Shown here piece after piece: positions 11,790 through 25,010 of a stretch of 64,000 nt of DNA. A program made the position numbers and the translations under genes. The notes below the pieces were generated by a model. That model saw only the letters and a program-made list of their open reading frames with translations, was not told the origin of the DNA and made no database searches. Each line of letters starts with the position of its first letter. Within the stretch, counting starts at the first letter, position 1. This DNA comes from Callorhinchus milii (taxonomy: Eukaryota): contig NW_024704742.1 of assembly GCF_018977255.1 (NCBI RefSeq), positions 45,758,001-45,822,000 of the forward strand. Direction: 5' to 3'.

Positions 11790-12113
11790 GGAGTCCTGTA
11801 GCTCAGTGGTTAGAGCACTCGCTTTGCAAGTGAGAGACCTGAGTTCAATTCCAGGCAGAGGGCGAAACCTTGGGCAAGTTTCCTTACTCCACACGCTTAA
11901 TAATAATCCCTCCAAAAAAACAAAACAATAATAAATTGGTCATTTTCAATCTACGACTGTTTGTGGGACATTGCTGTGCGCAATTGGCTGCCGCGTTCGC
12001 CCACAAATATACAGTCAATTCACTTTACAGTGTGTTCTGTGAAGCGCTTTGGGACGTCCTCCCGACGTGAAAAGCGCTATATCAAATGCAAGGATTATTA
12101 TTATTGTTATTAT
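11790..12113 (+). mobile_element. Young tRNA(Ala-like, TGC)-derived SINE with DeuSINE-type core and L2 tail
   Basis: A box TAGCTCAGTGG, anticodon arm ctcgc-tttgcaa-gtgag, B box GTTCAATTCC, intact CpG-rich 3' stem-loop, (TTA)n tail, possible ATAGT TSD; a second SINE tail follows at 12130-12207. Confidence 0.92.
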
Positions 12114-14879
12114 AGTAAATCCACTTGAAAATATATTCTGTAAAGCACTTTGAGATGTCTCAGCTACATGATAAGGTGCTGTATCAAATGCAAGGCTTAT
12201 TATTATAGCATGGAAGTTTTACAAAAGATGTACAACAATGAAGAATGTACAAATCACAGAAACAGGCTATTTGGTCTAACCGGTCTGTGTCAGTGAATTG
12301 AGCAGTTGAATTTGGTAAAAATGACTCAACACATTGGGGAGTTACCATCAAAAAATCTGTATTTATTTGCACTAATTTATTTTTCATTATTTCATTGTGG
12401 GATGCTGTTCACATTTGACATTGCGGTGTACGAAGAGTGTATGTTTATGATTTTGTGGACCTGCTAGCCTGAAAAGAGACAGAGCAATAAGAGAAACTGA
12501 AGTGTACAAGAGGCCCAGAGTTTGTGGTGTGATGAGGCTGCCATTTAGTCTATTGACTCAATTGGACAATAGTTGTGTGACAATAGTTCAGCAATGCTAG
12601 ATAAAAAGCCATGTTATCATAAAGTTTCCTCATTGCAAGAATTATGAAGTACGCTTGCAAAACCAGTTAGAGCAACAAGTTAACAGTATTTCATGCTAAG
12701 ATTTCAAGAGAGGAAATGGTAGGCAAAAGAAAAAATTCTGGATTGAAGGCAGGAATTCTCAGACATTGGAACGGAACACGTCATTACAGATAGAGGAAAT
12801 TAAAAGGGTTTCAAAGAAGTGCTACTGGCAATACATTTCTAGCTGTAAAAAACTATTTCTACAGCAAAGAGATTCAATGCAGAGGCCATCAATCACCAGA
12901 TAAGAAAAATAGGTCATTCACTTCATGGGTGTTTGTGGAATTGGCGTGTTTACCTACGAAATATGCAGTTACTACATTTTTACAGTAGGTCCTGTGACTT
13001 GCTTTGAGTCATCCTCCCAACGTTAAAAGTGCTATATCAACTACGAGGGTTCTTATTATAATCAAGCAAAGGGTTATTGTTGCTGGTTCCAACATTAGAA
13101 TGTATTTTCAGTGAGGAATAAGCATTACGACTGTGCAGGATGCAACTGGTTTTGTCAGCATCCCAAACACTACAACCACAGCTCAGCAAAACACATCATT
13201 TGTCAGCATGTGGGACACTTCCTGCCCACGGGAGGATGGTCTTGCATGGCAGGACTCTTAGGATATAAGCTAATCGTCTAACATTATAATTTCAGGCAAT
13301 CAAAGTCACTTTGTCACACAACCAGCTGAGGTTAACCAATTGAGGATGCATTTCTGGATCACAATTTCCAAATATGGGAACATATCAATATAATCCAAAG
13401 TGTTGACTTGCAGCAATATATATGTAAGATGGAATAATACTGGAACACAGCCATCATGTATTACATGTCTGTAGTCATTTGCATATAGCGTTTCGCACAC
13501 AAAATATACAGTTGATTTACTTTACAATTCGAGACCTCTCAAAGACCTGATCAGGCACTATATCAAATGCAAGGATTATTATTATTATTACTATTATCAA
13601 AATGGTCCTTGTAATGATTTATCAAATGGGTGAAAATGTAATATGTGATGTGATAAATGTCACTGGTCATTCATACTGGTTGGAAAGGGACACTGAAACT
13701 CAATGAGCAGCATCAGTGGTGATGGCTGCACACTTGAGCTGGCTTTGCGCCAAATCATTTTGCCAAACTCAAGAGGGGTGTTCACACATGGAACTATTCA
13801 ATAACTATATAGTACAGCTTGGGCCACAGCTTTAGTCAGCATGATAATCACCATCAGTGACATGTCCATCAACCATAACAACTTGCCCTTACGTAGTAGT
13901 GACTTCATGAAGTTGTTTGTCTCAAAACATTTTATGGAGATGGAGTGTGAGTCAGAGCAAGTTGAGAGATGGGGTGGGGGGAGGAGGAGGGAAATAACCA
14001 AATGCACAATCAAAGGCGGGTTATTAAAATATGTTTGGCAGTGGAGAGAGAGGATGTAAGACAGGAAGATTCAGGGAGAGAATTTCAAAGAGGGAAGACA
14101 ATGTCTCTCCCACAAATTGTGGGTGGAAGGGGCAGAGGCTGTGAAGCAGGCCAGATTTAAGCAGGTGGGTGAATAAGCCTCCTGGAGATCACAGAGGTAT
14201 TAGTGGGGCAAGGAGATTAAGGTATTTGAATATTAGAATGAAGATCTTCGGATGAGGATATAAAATTCATTTCAAATATTTACTGTTCTAGTTAATAACT
14301 ACTTTGTTATGTAACCTACTAATACATAGTTTTTTATCACAGTTCAGTTCCTTACAATATGTTTTGTGGACAGCAATGCAACAAATGTCTTGGGTATGAA
14401 CATTTTAAGATATAAACCAATATTTTCCTGTTTGTTGAAACTGACATGTAATGTTAATGTGCTCGAATACATTGTGCATTCACATTGTTCATTTTCAGCA
14501 TATTACAGCATAGCAAAAAGTGTGGCAAATAATAATATTTTTTTTGCCCTCCTATCTCATGAAACCTACATATATCTGTGCTTGTTGGAAATATACCCAT
14601 GCACATGTCGGTACTGGAAAAGGCAATGCATTGTTACTCCATGAAATATGTTTGTTACCATTGTAGCTAATGTGCACCAGAGAACTATAATGGTTGGCTA
14701 CAATGAGGAAGATATGTAACACTGAAAGCCCAAACTCCAGGTTATTGGCCATTTTTCTAAAGGTCCAGTGTCTCTACAGTACCACGATGTGTCCAACATG
14801 CACATTACCTGTACATAATAACAATATATATGTAATATAGAAGCATATGCTGAGCTATGCTTCTATAGTACCTATATTG

Positions 14880-15130
14880 TTATTGAGACACCTTACAGTT
14901 ATATAGTGCTCCTCACACAAGGTAGTATCCTAGAATGCTTGACAGTGGTGGAGCTTGACGCCAAGCTAGGGGAAGGGGGGAATTGACTGTAGGCATGGTT
15001 GAATAGGAAGATGTTCAGGTATGACCTGAAGATGGGAAAGAAAGGGCAAAGCAGAGGGCTAGAGGAAGCGTGTTCCAGAGTTTTGGGGCCCAGTAGCTGA
15101 AAGTGTGGCCACCAATGGTGGAACGGAAAG
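14880..15130 (-). mobile_element. Old L2 3' fragment
   Basis: gcgtgttccagagttttggggcccagtagctgaaag is the reverse complement of the FS.LGPKLWN region. Confidence 0.6.
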
Positions 15131-16089
15131 TGTAGCAAAACTTTTAAAATGATAATATATGAGAGGAACAGTAGTTTCTGGCATTTACTTTTCCTCTCGT
15201 CTAACATTTAACTAATAAATATTCAAACATTCTCATATATCCTTGTTAAAAGTTCAAGTCAACCCACATTTACTAAATATATTAAAATCTACCTGTGTCA
15301 ATATACCAATGTTAGTTATACTGCCTGTGGAGTGACGACCTGAACAATCAAAATCAGTGTGAAGGTCTTCGACAACATTGCATATATTGCTTTGAATTTG
15401 AGAAAGGACAAAATAATTTTATTTTAGTGAGATGAATGTTTAAAGGCACAGTTTTAGCAGCTGGGAATCCATTTGCATGATATTTTTCACTGAACCAATT
15501 TAATTCATCTTCACAGGGGAATGTTTGGGCAATGCAAGCTTTGAGTAATAATGAGAGCATGATTGTACAATTTACCAATAATTAATTTAATAAGGTATAT
15601 GGGAAGATTGATGACAAATATAGTTTAATTTGACAAAGCATAAGTTATATGTTTGTGTTCCCTATGGCCAAAGAATGACAAAAAGCATTACATGTTGAAT
15701 GGGGAAGCACAAAGCAGGGCAAATCAATGAAGGGATGTCGAAGTCTATGAGCCTGTTATTAATGGTTGATTCGCAGGTGTGGAAAATGATCAAAAAGAGT
15801 AATGGGATAGCTTGCTTCATCACAAATGATAAAAATATAAGAATAAATAAACACTGCTTTGGCTGTGTTGACAGATGGTCAGAACTCATTTGAAGTATTA
15901 TGTTCAGTTTTAGATGCCCAACCCGAGGAAAGATATGCTGACCCTGGAGAAAGTCCAGCAATAATCACTAGAATGATCCTTGGAATGAAAGGAATTAAGT
16001 ATGATGAAAGATGAATAAATTGGAGTTTCATTCAAAGCAGGTGCCTTGAGCCATTTTATCTCAACCTGTCAGAATGCCCAACTCCTATT

Positions 16090-16203
16090 GCCGCGTTCGC
16101 CCACAAATATACAGTTAATTCACTTTACAGTGTGTTCTGTGAAGCGCTTTGGGACGTCCTCCCGACGTGAAAAGCGCTATATCAAATGCAAGGATTATTA
16201 TTG
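16090..16203 (+). mobile_element. 5'-truncated young SINE (3' part)
   Basis: Nearly identical to the 3' part of the 11790 copy. Confidence 0.88.
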
Positions 16204-16224
16204 CAACATTCAGCTGTATTCTAA

Positions 16225-16505
16225 ATCCACTATCCTGCCCTATTGGTGGGCAGGCCCCCACCCTTTGAAACTCCATCCCGCAGTCCCTCCACCTCGCCCC
16301 CTCACTTGCCTCCTTCAATACCCATCTCAAGACCCTCGTCTTAGACTTTGCATTCGGTTACCCTTCTACCCCTACCCTTCCTGCCCTCCACACCCCTGAT
16401 CCCAACCACCAGTTCCTGTGGGGATCCCTGATTGTCCAGCGCCTTCGGATGTCCTCCTGACGTGAAAGGTGCTATACAAATGTAATTTGTTCTTATTGTT
16501 GTTGT
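16225..16505 (+). mobile_element. L2 3' fragment
   Basis: C-rich end, stem-loop gcgccttcggatgtcctcctgacgtgaaaggtgct, TTG tail. Confidence 0.8.
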
Positions 16506-16860
16506 TTAAGGCAGCGATGAAGTTGTTCAAAGTCAGGAAGACGTTTAGGGTTGGATTGAATGTTTTGTTAATTTGACTCATTACAGACCTCAAATTTATT
16601 GAAATCTTATGCCTTTCAGCCTTTCATTTTTAAGATTATGTAGAATTGTAGGAAGTTCTTAATTCAGTCTTACTTTGGAAGCTGATAACTTTTAAGAACT
16701 GAAAGAAAACATAAAATGATTTTACAAAGCTGTCATTTTTTACAAGATATGAATTGGTAAATATTAAAAATGAGAAATAATATTAGGCTCTCAGAGTTTG
16801 TGTGCAAGTGATATCTGGCTATCATTGGATTTGACATAGCACCTTACCATGTCTTCCAGA

Positions 16861-17173
16861 TAATAATAATAATCCTTGCATTTGATATAGCGCTTTTCAT
16901 GTCGGGAGGACGTCCCAAAGCGCTTCACAGAATATACTGTAAAGTGAATTGACTGTATTTTTGTGGGCGAAATGCAGTGGTCAATTGCATACAGCAATGT
17001 TTCACAAACAGTCGTGGATTGAGTGACCAAATTATTATTTTATTTTTTTCTTAAGGGATTATTATCAGGCGTGTGGAGTAAGGAAACTTGCCCAAGGTTA
17101 CGCCCTGCCAGGAATCAAACCCAGGTCTCTCGCTTGCGAAGCGAGTGCTCTAACCACTGAGCTACAGGACTCC
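16861..17173 (-). mobile_element. Full-length tRNA-derived SINE
   Basis: Reverse complement of head (..taaccactgagctacaggactcc) and tail (ataatccttgcatttgatatagcgc). Confidence 0.92.
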
Positions 17174-17880
17174 CTAAGTATGGAATACTTATCTCAGTAG
17201 TATAAGCTACAGAAGACTAAAATCTGTTCATCTGCACAGTGTGTGTCTGTATGTGTGTTTGGGGGTAGACAGCTCATAGGTGTATGTAAAAATTGGCATT
17301 CCATTAATGTCAGTGAGAAATTTTAAGCTGCCCTTTAGAGAGCTAGCAGGACCATGCCAATTTCAATCATTACCATATCTCCACCTCTGCAATAGGATTC
17401 ATTTGGTGACACATAGGTATCAGTCTAGTGACACATGTAATACCACCTTGAAGGAAGCATAGTCATGTAGCTAATAAGTCATTGCAATTAACAGCTGGCA
17501 AAATTAAAGCCTTACCACTGTGGAGACTCGCTAATTATAAATTGTTTTTGAAGGATTTTGAAGTGCTTATTATGGAGGACTGCATGATCCTGTTCAACTA
17601 TGATCAGCATGTTGTGCATCTATTCATTACCAATTGTGCTGAGTTCTAGTGCTAAAATGCTTGCAGCAGCTTGAACACATGCCAAGGATCACAGCTCAAA
17701 TATTCATTCATATAACACTATATGCAATAAATATTTTCACACTACAGTGAGCAATATTACTGCTAAATGTCACCCATAGGAATGATGTTGGCAGGCAAAC
17801 AGAATCAGACTTTGGAGATAGATCATAGATCCACTGCGTTGGGCAAAATATCTTTACTTCCTGTGTTGCTTATACTGATC

Positions 17881-18155
17881 ATAATAATCCTTGCTTTGAT
17901 AGAGAACATTTTCACATCTTCTAGATGTTTCAAAGCGCTTCACAGAATATACTGTAAAGTGAATTGACCATATTTTGTGGGCGAAACGCAGCAGCCAATT
18001 GCGCACAGCAGTGTCCCACAAATAATTGTGCAGTGACCAAATTATTATTGTATTTCAAGGGATTATTACCCCCGGAAAAGTGATCTGCCACTCGACTAAC
18101 AACCGGGTTCCTACTTACTAGTACACAGAGGCTGGTAGAGTAAGGAAACTTGCCT
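17881..18155 (-). mobile_element. SINE, long internal variant, head lost
   Basis: Reverse-complement tail and core plus the extra segment ccccggaaaagtgatctgccactcgactaacaa. Confidence 0.8.
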
Positions 18156-19719
18156 TACCTGTTATGTACACCAGTAGTTGTTATACACTTCTGCACAAAT
18201 TTGAAATGCCACCTAATCTTAACTTATAAGACCATGTTGTGTTAAAATGTAAGGAGACCATGCAGAATTATGGAAATTTTTTAAATTCACTCCAAACTTT
18301 GGGACCAGTTATTTTTAAGACCTGTAGAAAACTAGCTCGCAAATTAGGACTGAATTTTAGTATTTTACATGTTCTGGCAACTTTAAATTTTAAGAACAAA
18401 ATGGTCTCACAGGTAAAGACTCAATGGAAATTTGGACCTTGGCAGACATCTACATACCTTCATAGTGAGCATATTACTTAATGGGTCAACAAAAACAACA
18501 TATTTACATTTATATAACACCTTTCATGTTGAGAGGATGCCCCACATCAGTGAAAGTGGTTAAAACCACTTACAAAGGAAAACCAGAAACATAGGGCTCC
18601 AAATTCTGCCTACTTTTAATCTGTAAAACTGTTTTTTCTTAAATTTAAAGATTACACAGAACTGAGGACTCTCACTTATGCATAAAAAGGTTAAGGATTC
18701 AAGTGCCACATCAGGAATTTTACCTCATAATCTAAGGTGACACTGTAGTACAGTGCTGAGTGAGCAATATGCGTCCCGCAGTTCAGGTGGATGTTAAGGG
18801 TCCCAAGGCAATATTTGACAAGAAAATAGGAATGATTTTAGCTTCCATTAACATCACTGTTGGATGCCCTGTTAATGTCCCACTGTCAAGACTCACTCAT
18901 GAAGAATGGACACTTTCTTAAGTTAGAGGAAGGCTATCACAACCTTGGAATCCTGATAATATTTTTTAAATGTGGTGCCTTTCATATTGGGAGGATGTCT
19001 CAATGCACTTCACAAGATATACTGTGAAGTGCATTGACTGTGTATTTCATGGTCCACATCTATCATTGGCTATTAATGGTAACCTCAGAAGAGATGAGGT
19101 GAAAAACATGATCAACACTTGATGATAAATTATTCTTAGAGTTTTACAACTTGATTATCGCATATCATGACAGGCATAAACCATTAGGGTTGAATTACTG
19201 GAGTTGATCAAATACATTTATCAGTAAAACTGAGTTTGTTTGTTCACGATGTCAGAGACCTTTCAATAATTAAAAAAAATCTGAAGTAGAAATTTCTCCA
19301 GTCGGACATATTTTAAATTATATATTTTTATTTGATCAGTGTGATATTCTATTATTCCCCAACATTTACCCTTTGTGGATAGTTCAGGAAGTTTGCCACA
19401 AATATAAATTTTTACTTCCCCTAGCTGTTTGGAATTAACAAATATAATTGGTTGTTTTATACTTTAGAATAAGACAACTGTGCATTTCCTAAAGGCATCA
19501 AACATTTGACATTCGTGCAGGCTTTTAGAGTTATTATCTTTTGATATGCTATAAAACTTGTACAAGTCTTGCCTTTATAAATTGTATAATCACTTAAGTC
19601 GTACATGCACTTGAAGCCCATTCAGTTTCCCACCAAAAAACACTTACATTTATTTGTACCAGTCGTATTTTATAAATTAGATAAGCACCTATATCATTAG
19701 GATTTATTGGTCCAAAAGA

Positions 19720-19965
19720 CATCCGAAATGCTAGTCGATTTGCGGTTGTTAGTCGATTTGCGGATCATTTTTGTGGGAATAATAATCCTTTTTTTTAAAA
19801 AAATTATAATAATTTAGTCACTCAATACACGACTACTTGTGGGACACCACAGTGCTCAATTGGCTGTCATGTTTTGTCCACAAATATACCGTATACAGTA
19901 TATTCTGTGAAGCACTTTGAGATGTCTTGAAGATGTGATAAGGCACTGTATTAAATTATTATCAT
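19720..19965 (+). mobile_element. Partial SINE (long variant)
   Basis: gttagtcgatt segment, core and tail. Confidence 0.7.
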
Positions 19966-20334
19966 TATACATCTTATGCAAATCATCTCCTAACGTGTAA
20001 CACTGCTACCATACTTAGTGGATTGTGGGAAACTAAGTATTGACCCGTCATGGCATGTGTACTTACCAGTTGCATTGAACGTGGGAAATGAAATCTTGAC
20101 CATTCACTGCATGCACTTACCAGCTGCATTAAATTGCAGGAAATGAAGTTTTCACCTGTCACCACAAGTGCACTTAACGGTTGTATTGAAGTATTGCATG
20201 TATGTAGGTTATTGATTAAGTCATATATTATACAACTTCTGCACATTTGCCTATAACTCATAATTCGTAAGTTATATTAAATCTTATGGTCACAACTACG
20301 ATTTTTGCAACTTTTACTGTATCTACTGTATCTA

Positions 20335-21689
20335 CTCCAATCAGGTTTCCGTGCTGCCCACAGCACGGACAGTGCTCTAGTCAAAGTCACAAACAACATC
20401 CTGACCATGTTTGACAAGGACTCCCTCTGCCTCCTTGTCCTCCTCAACCTCTCCGCTGCCTTTGACACCGTGGACCACTCCTCCACTGCCTCTCCTCCCA
20501 CCTCAAACTTCAACGTTGTGTCCCTGACTGGCTCAGGTCCTACCTTCCATACTGCCTCCACTTCGTCTCAGCAAACCGCTTCTCCTCCAGCCCCTGCACT
20601 GTCTCGTGCGGTGTTTCTCAGGGCTCTGTCCTTGGGCCCCTCCTCTTCACCCTCTACATGCTCCCCCTTGTTGACATCATCCGCAGACATGGGGTAAATT
20701 TCCACATGTGTGCGGATGACACCCAACTCTATTTCTGCCTCCACCCTCAACTCCAGGACTACTGGCGTCCTGACCTACTGCCTATCCGACATCAAGTCCT
20801 GGACGAGGGCTAACTTTCTCCAACTCAACGTCAGCAAGACCGAGGCCCTCCTGATTGTCTCGCACCAGTGCCTCCGCACCTCGGGCGCTGGCAGCATCAG
20901 CCTCCACGTCTGCACACTCAACCTCACTAAGCCAGTCAGGAACCTGGGTGTCTTGTTTGACCCTGAACTGTCCTTTCTCCCCCACATCCACTCCATGACC
21001 GGCACTGCCTACCACCACCTCCACAACATTACCAGTCTCCGCCACTGCCTCACCCCTCAGGCTGCCGAAACCCTCACCCACGCATTCGTCACCTCAAGGC
21101 TCGATTATGGGAACTCCCTCCTCATCAGCCTTCCCAACTCTTCCCTCCACAAGCTGCAGATCATCCAAAACTCTGCAGCTCGTGCACTCTCACTCACCAG
21201 GATCCGCGACCCCATCACTCCCACCCTCGCCCGACTCCACTGGCTCCCCATCCCCCAGAGGATCGATTCAAGATCTTCGTCCTCACCTTTAAGGCCATTC
21301 ATGGCCTCGCCCCCTCCTAGCTCTCTGACCTGTTGACTCCCTACCAACCTGCCCGTTCCCTCCGTTCATCGGGCTCTGGCCTGCTCCATGTGTCCTGCCC
21401 AACCCACCCTACCATCGGTGGCCGGGCTTTCAGCCTCTCTGCCCCCACTCTCTGAAACTCCACCTCACAATCCCTTCGCCTCGCTTCCTCCCTTGCCTCC
21501 TTCAAGGTCGATCTCAAGACCTTCTCTTCGATCGTGCCTTTGGTCTCCCTCCCACCTCTCTGCCTTCCCTCACCCCTACACCACCCCTCCCCCATGCTCG
21601 GGTCTCAACACCTGACTGTTCAACGCTTTGGGACGTCCTCCCGACATGAAAGGCGCTCTATAAATGTAATTTGATTATTGTTGTTGTTG
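20335..21689 (+). mobile_element. 5'-truncated degenerate L2 (RT C-terminal half)
   Basis: [38 protein letters not shown] with frameshifts; stem-loop and (TTG)n tail. Confidence 0.93.
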
Positions 21690-24609
21690 GTACTATGAAA
21701 GAAAACACAAGAACATTGACTATTAATCTATAATCATATATTTAAGTCATCTAATAATAACATTTGATGACTTGCATTTGACACACCTTATCACATCACT
21801 GGATTTTACTGTAGCATGTAGTAACTGCATTTTGTAGGCGAACACTGTAGCCAATTTGAGCACAACAATGAGTTGAAATGAAATTTACATTTTATCAGGA
21901 GAAAATAGTATTATTTCCAGGATTGACTCCAGCAGGCTGTATCTGAAATGGAATGTATTCTGAAATTCTGCAAACCAATAATATTCTTAGCAGACAAAAG
22001 GCAGACTTTTCAAAATTTAAAGTGCTCTGCATGTAAAACTGTGTCTGTTTGTTAATTTATTATTTTAAGATCAAAAGAATATTAAAAATTTTAAAATCAA
22101 CTTCAACAAGGCTGTGCATTCATTTTTCTTGAGTCAGGTGTCAAAACAGAAATCAAAGTAACTGTTTGATTTAGAATAAGATAAAAAAAAATTGTAGAGT
22201 TACCGAGTACTATAAAAGCCAAAGGTCATTGAAGAGACAGCTTGTTATTATCAGCGCCTTGGGACATCCTCCCGACGTGAAAGGTGCTATACAAATGTAA
22301 TCTTGTTGTTGTTGTTATATTTCATTTCAAATATGATATTGTGTAAATATGAATGAAATATTAGCGCATTTTGAAGGATACAATCAAATGTGTATTGTGT
22401 AAGTAGAGGAGAGATTTTAATTTTTGCTTTATTGAAGAATTACATTTCAATACATCAGTAAAACATTATCGCATTTTTCCTCTATTCATAAGACTTCCAA
22501 AATTAAATCAGTTTTTAAACACACCTTTAAGAAAAGACAATATGTTTGTTTTATCCTCGGGGGAAAGTTCTGCACTAAAACTCGGTGATCCCAAAAGTTA
22601 AACAGAACTTCAACATATTCATCATTTTCACTTATTCACCTTCAAAAGCCTAACTTCTTCCCTCCACATGCAACTTTCCCCACCACCTGGCCAACAAACT
22701 CCCAGATTAAATGATCATTCACTTCAGGGCTGTTTGTCATACATTGATGTGTGTAAATTGACGTCCGTATTCACCTAAAAATACACAGTCACTGCACTTT
22801 ATAGTGAAATCCTATTAAGCACAGATTATTGTCTATTATAGCATTACAGAAATCACTATGTCCCAGGATAATGTGTGTCTACATTTATCCTTTGGTCTGT
22901 GAAAACTGACCTCAAACTAATTCTTATCCGTTTAGTTGTGAATAAGTAAAAACAACACAGCTTCTATAAAGTAGAATATACTTTGGATATTACAACATTC
23001 ATATTTGCAAAAATAGCAGATGATTTCTGCTATGTTACTGTGATGTCCCTACAATCAATTTGCGTTAAAAAATGATTAAACTCATGGTTCAACTTCATGC
23101 TTGCTAACTTGCTTCACTGGAAACATTTTCAGTGCATTCAATTTAGATTTGGAAAGAAACACAGAGAGTGAAATTGACCGAACATAAGATTCATATTTGT
23201 TTCTGTTTAGCAATATTATATTTTTTCTTTTGTTCTCTTTTTTAGAAACTCATTTAATTTCACATTATCCAGCTGAAAAATATGTTGCTGGCAAAACTGT
23301 TATTTCAGCATAATACACAAGCTCACACTCTGAATGCTGAGAGATCTTTTTTAATTAAACAAATCACAATAGGCACTGTAAACCGTTGCTGACAATCCGT
23401 AATTTCTGTAATGATTTATAGAGCTGCATGAGCAATAAGCCTACATTTTCCGTATATTTACCCCAATAGTTGTTTCTCATAAATCATATTCTATTCAGTA
23501 AGAGCCAGGTACAACCAGCCAACCCATTGACCAGTTTGAATAAATGATGTTCAGTTCAATATTTCTGAAAAACGCTTAAACCAGCAAAATCCAATTAAGG
23601 ATCTGCAAAACAATAAAGTATTACATGAAACATTACAGATTTATAAAGTGTCTAGTGTGATATTATCCATGTACAGTCAATTTAGATTGTTGAGATTTTA
23701 TACAATATTGTGAAGAGGATACTTCTGTATATCTCTGGCTGTAGCTGAAATTAGACGAGTTTCCTTTTGGACTATATTTCCTTGCAGGTTTTCCCATATC
23801 CTATCATGAAGTCAAATTTGTGGTGCTTCATAATGCATTTGATGTGATCATATTGACTACGTTACGGGACTGTGGCAATGAGCAGTCAATTTGAACACAG
23901 GAATGTCCTGCAAATAGCCATGGACAATGTAATAAGACAGCTGCTCAAGTCATAGAGCCAATGGGGAGGATGATCCCCAGCGTTAGAGAAATAAGTTATG
24001 AGAAACAATTAGCTGAGGAATTATTTCTTTACCCAGAGGTAAATAATTAAAAACTGGAACAAATTGGCAGGAAAGGTGGATCAGACCAAGGTGCCGGACG
24101 TGTTTGATAAATCCCCAGCTTGATGCTTGTGATGGGAATATGGTAATATGGGTATTCTGGAAGGATAAGATCAAATGAGCAGAAGGGCCTCCTCGAACTG
24201 GTTTCTGAGACCCAGCTATTGACAAGAGTGTCAGATGGGACCTCTGCAGCACACGTGGGGACCAGCCAATGTGTTAAAAATCATAAGCTTGCTAAATTTA
24301 CAGGCAGTGTTAATTGGTACGTGGGTGTTAATTAGCATATCACAACTTGCAAAATTTACCCCAAAGCTCCATATGTGGTCACTCTGCCCAATGTTAAAAT
24401 CATTTCTTTCAGACTGTAATCAAATGTCCTGAAGACAGAGTTAGCATTCGATCAATCTTATTTGCCTCAGCATTGTCCTGAAACCTTGAGTGAATGATCA
24501 ATATTCAAATCCTGATTGGTTTGTTCTCTGTCTGTGTTAATGAACAGCTCTTTATTATATATGCATAATAAATGCTTCTTGATTTAAAATCTTGCATGTA
24601 CACATTGAT

Positions 24610-25010
24610 AATAATCCTAGCATTTGATATAACACCTTTCACATCAGGTGGACATCTCAAAGTGCTTGAAAGGATCTACTTTAAAGTAATTACTGTGTAT
24701 TCTGTAAGCAAACACAGCAGCCAATTTGTGCACAGCAATGTTTCACAACTTGCCATGAAGTGAATGATCAGTTTTATCAAGGGAGATGGTTGGCCATGAC
24801 ACCAGGAATAACTTTCCTTCTCTTTTCGAACAGTACCATGGAATCTTTAATATTCACCTGAACAGTTCGGTGGGAACTCAGGTTAATGTCTCATCCAAAA
24901 AATTTGCACTCCCAGAGTAATCTGTGAGCCACAATCTGGACATGAGGTTTGAACCCACAACCTTCTGACTTAGAGGTGAGAGTGCTTCCAACTGTGTCAG
25001 GTTGACACAT
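24610..25010 (-). mobile_element. Old full-length DeuSINE-type copy
   Basis: Reverse-complement tail, Deu-like core (ttggccatgacaccagg..gtaccatggaatctttaa), tRNA-like head (ttgaacccacaaccttctgactt). Confidence 0.7.

Noticed and set aside
11790..11862. tRNA-Ala-like gene
   Set aside because: It is the head of a multicopy SINE with a poor acceptor stem, continuing into SINE core and tail
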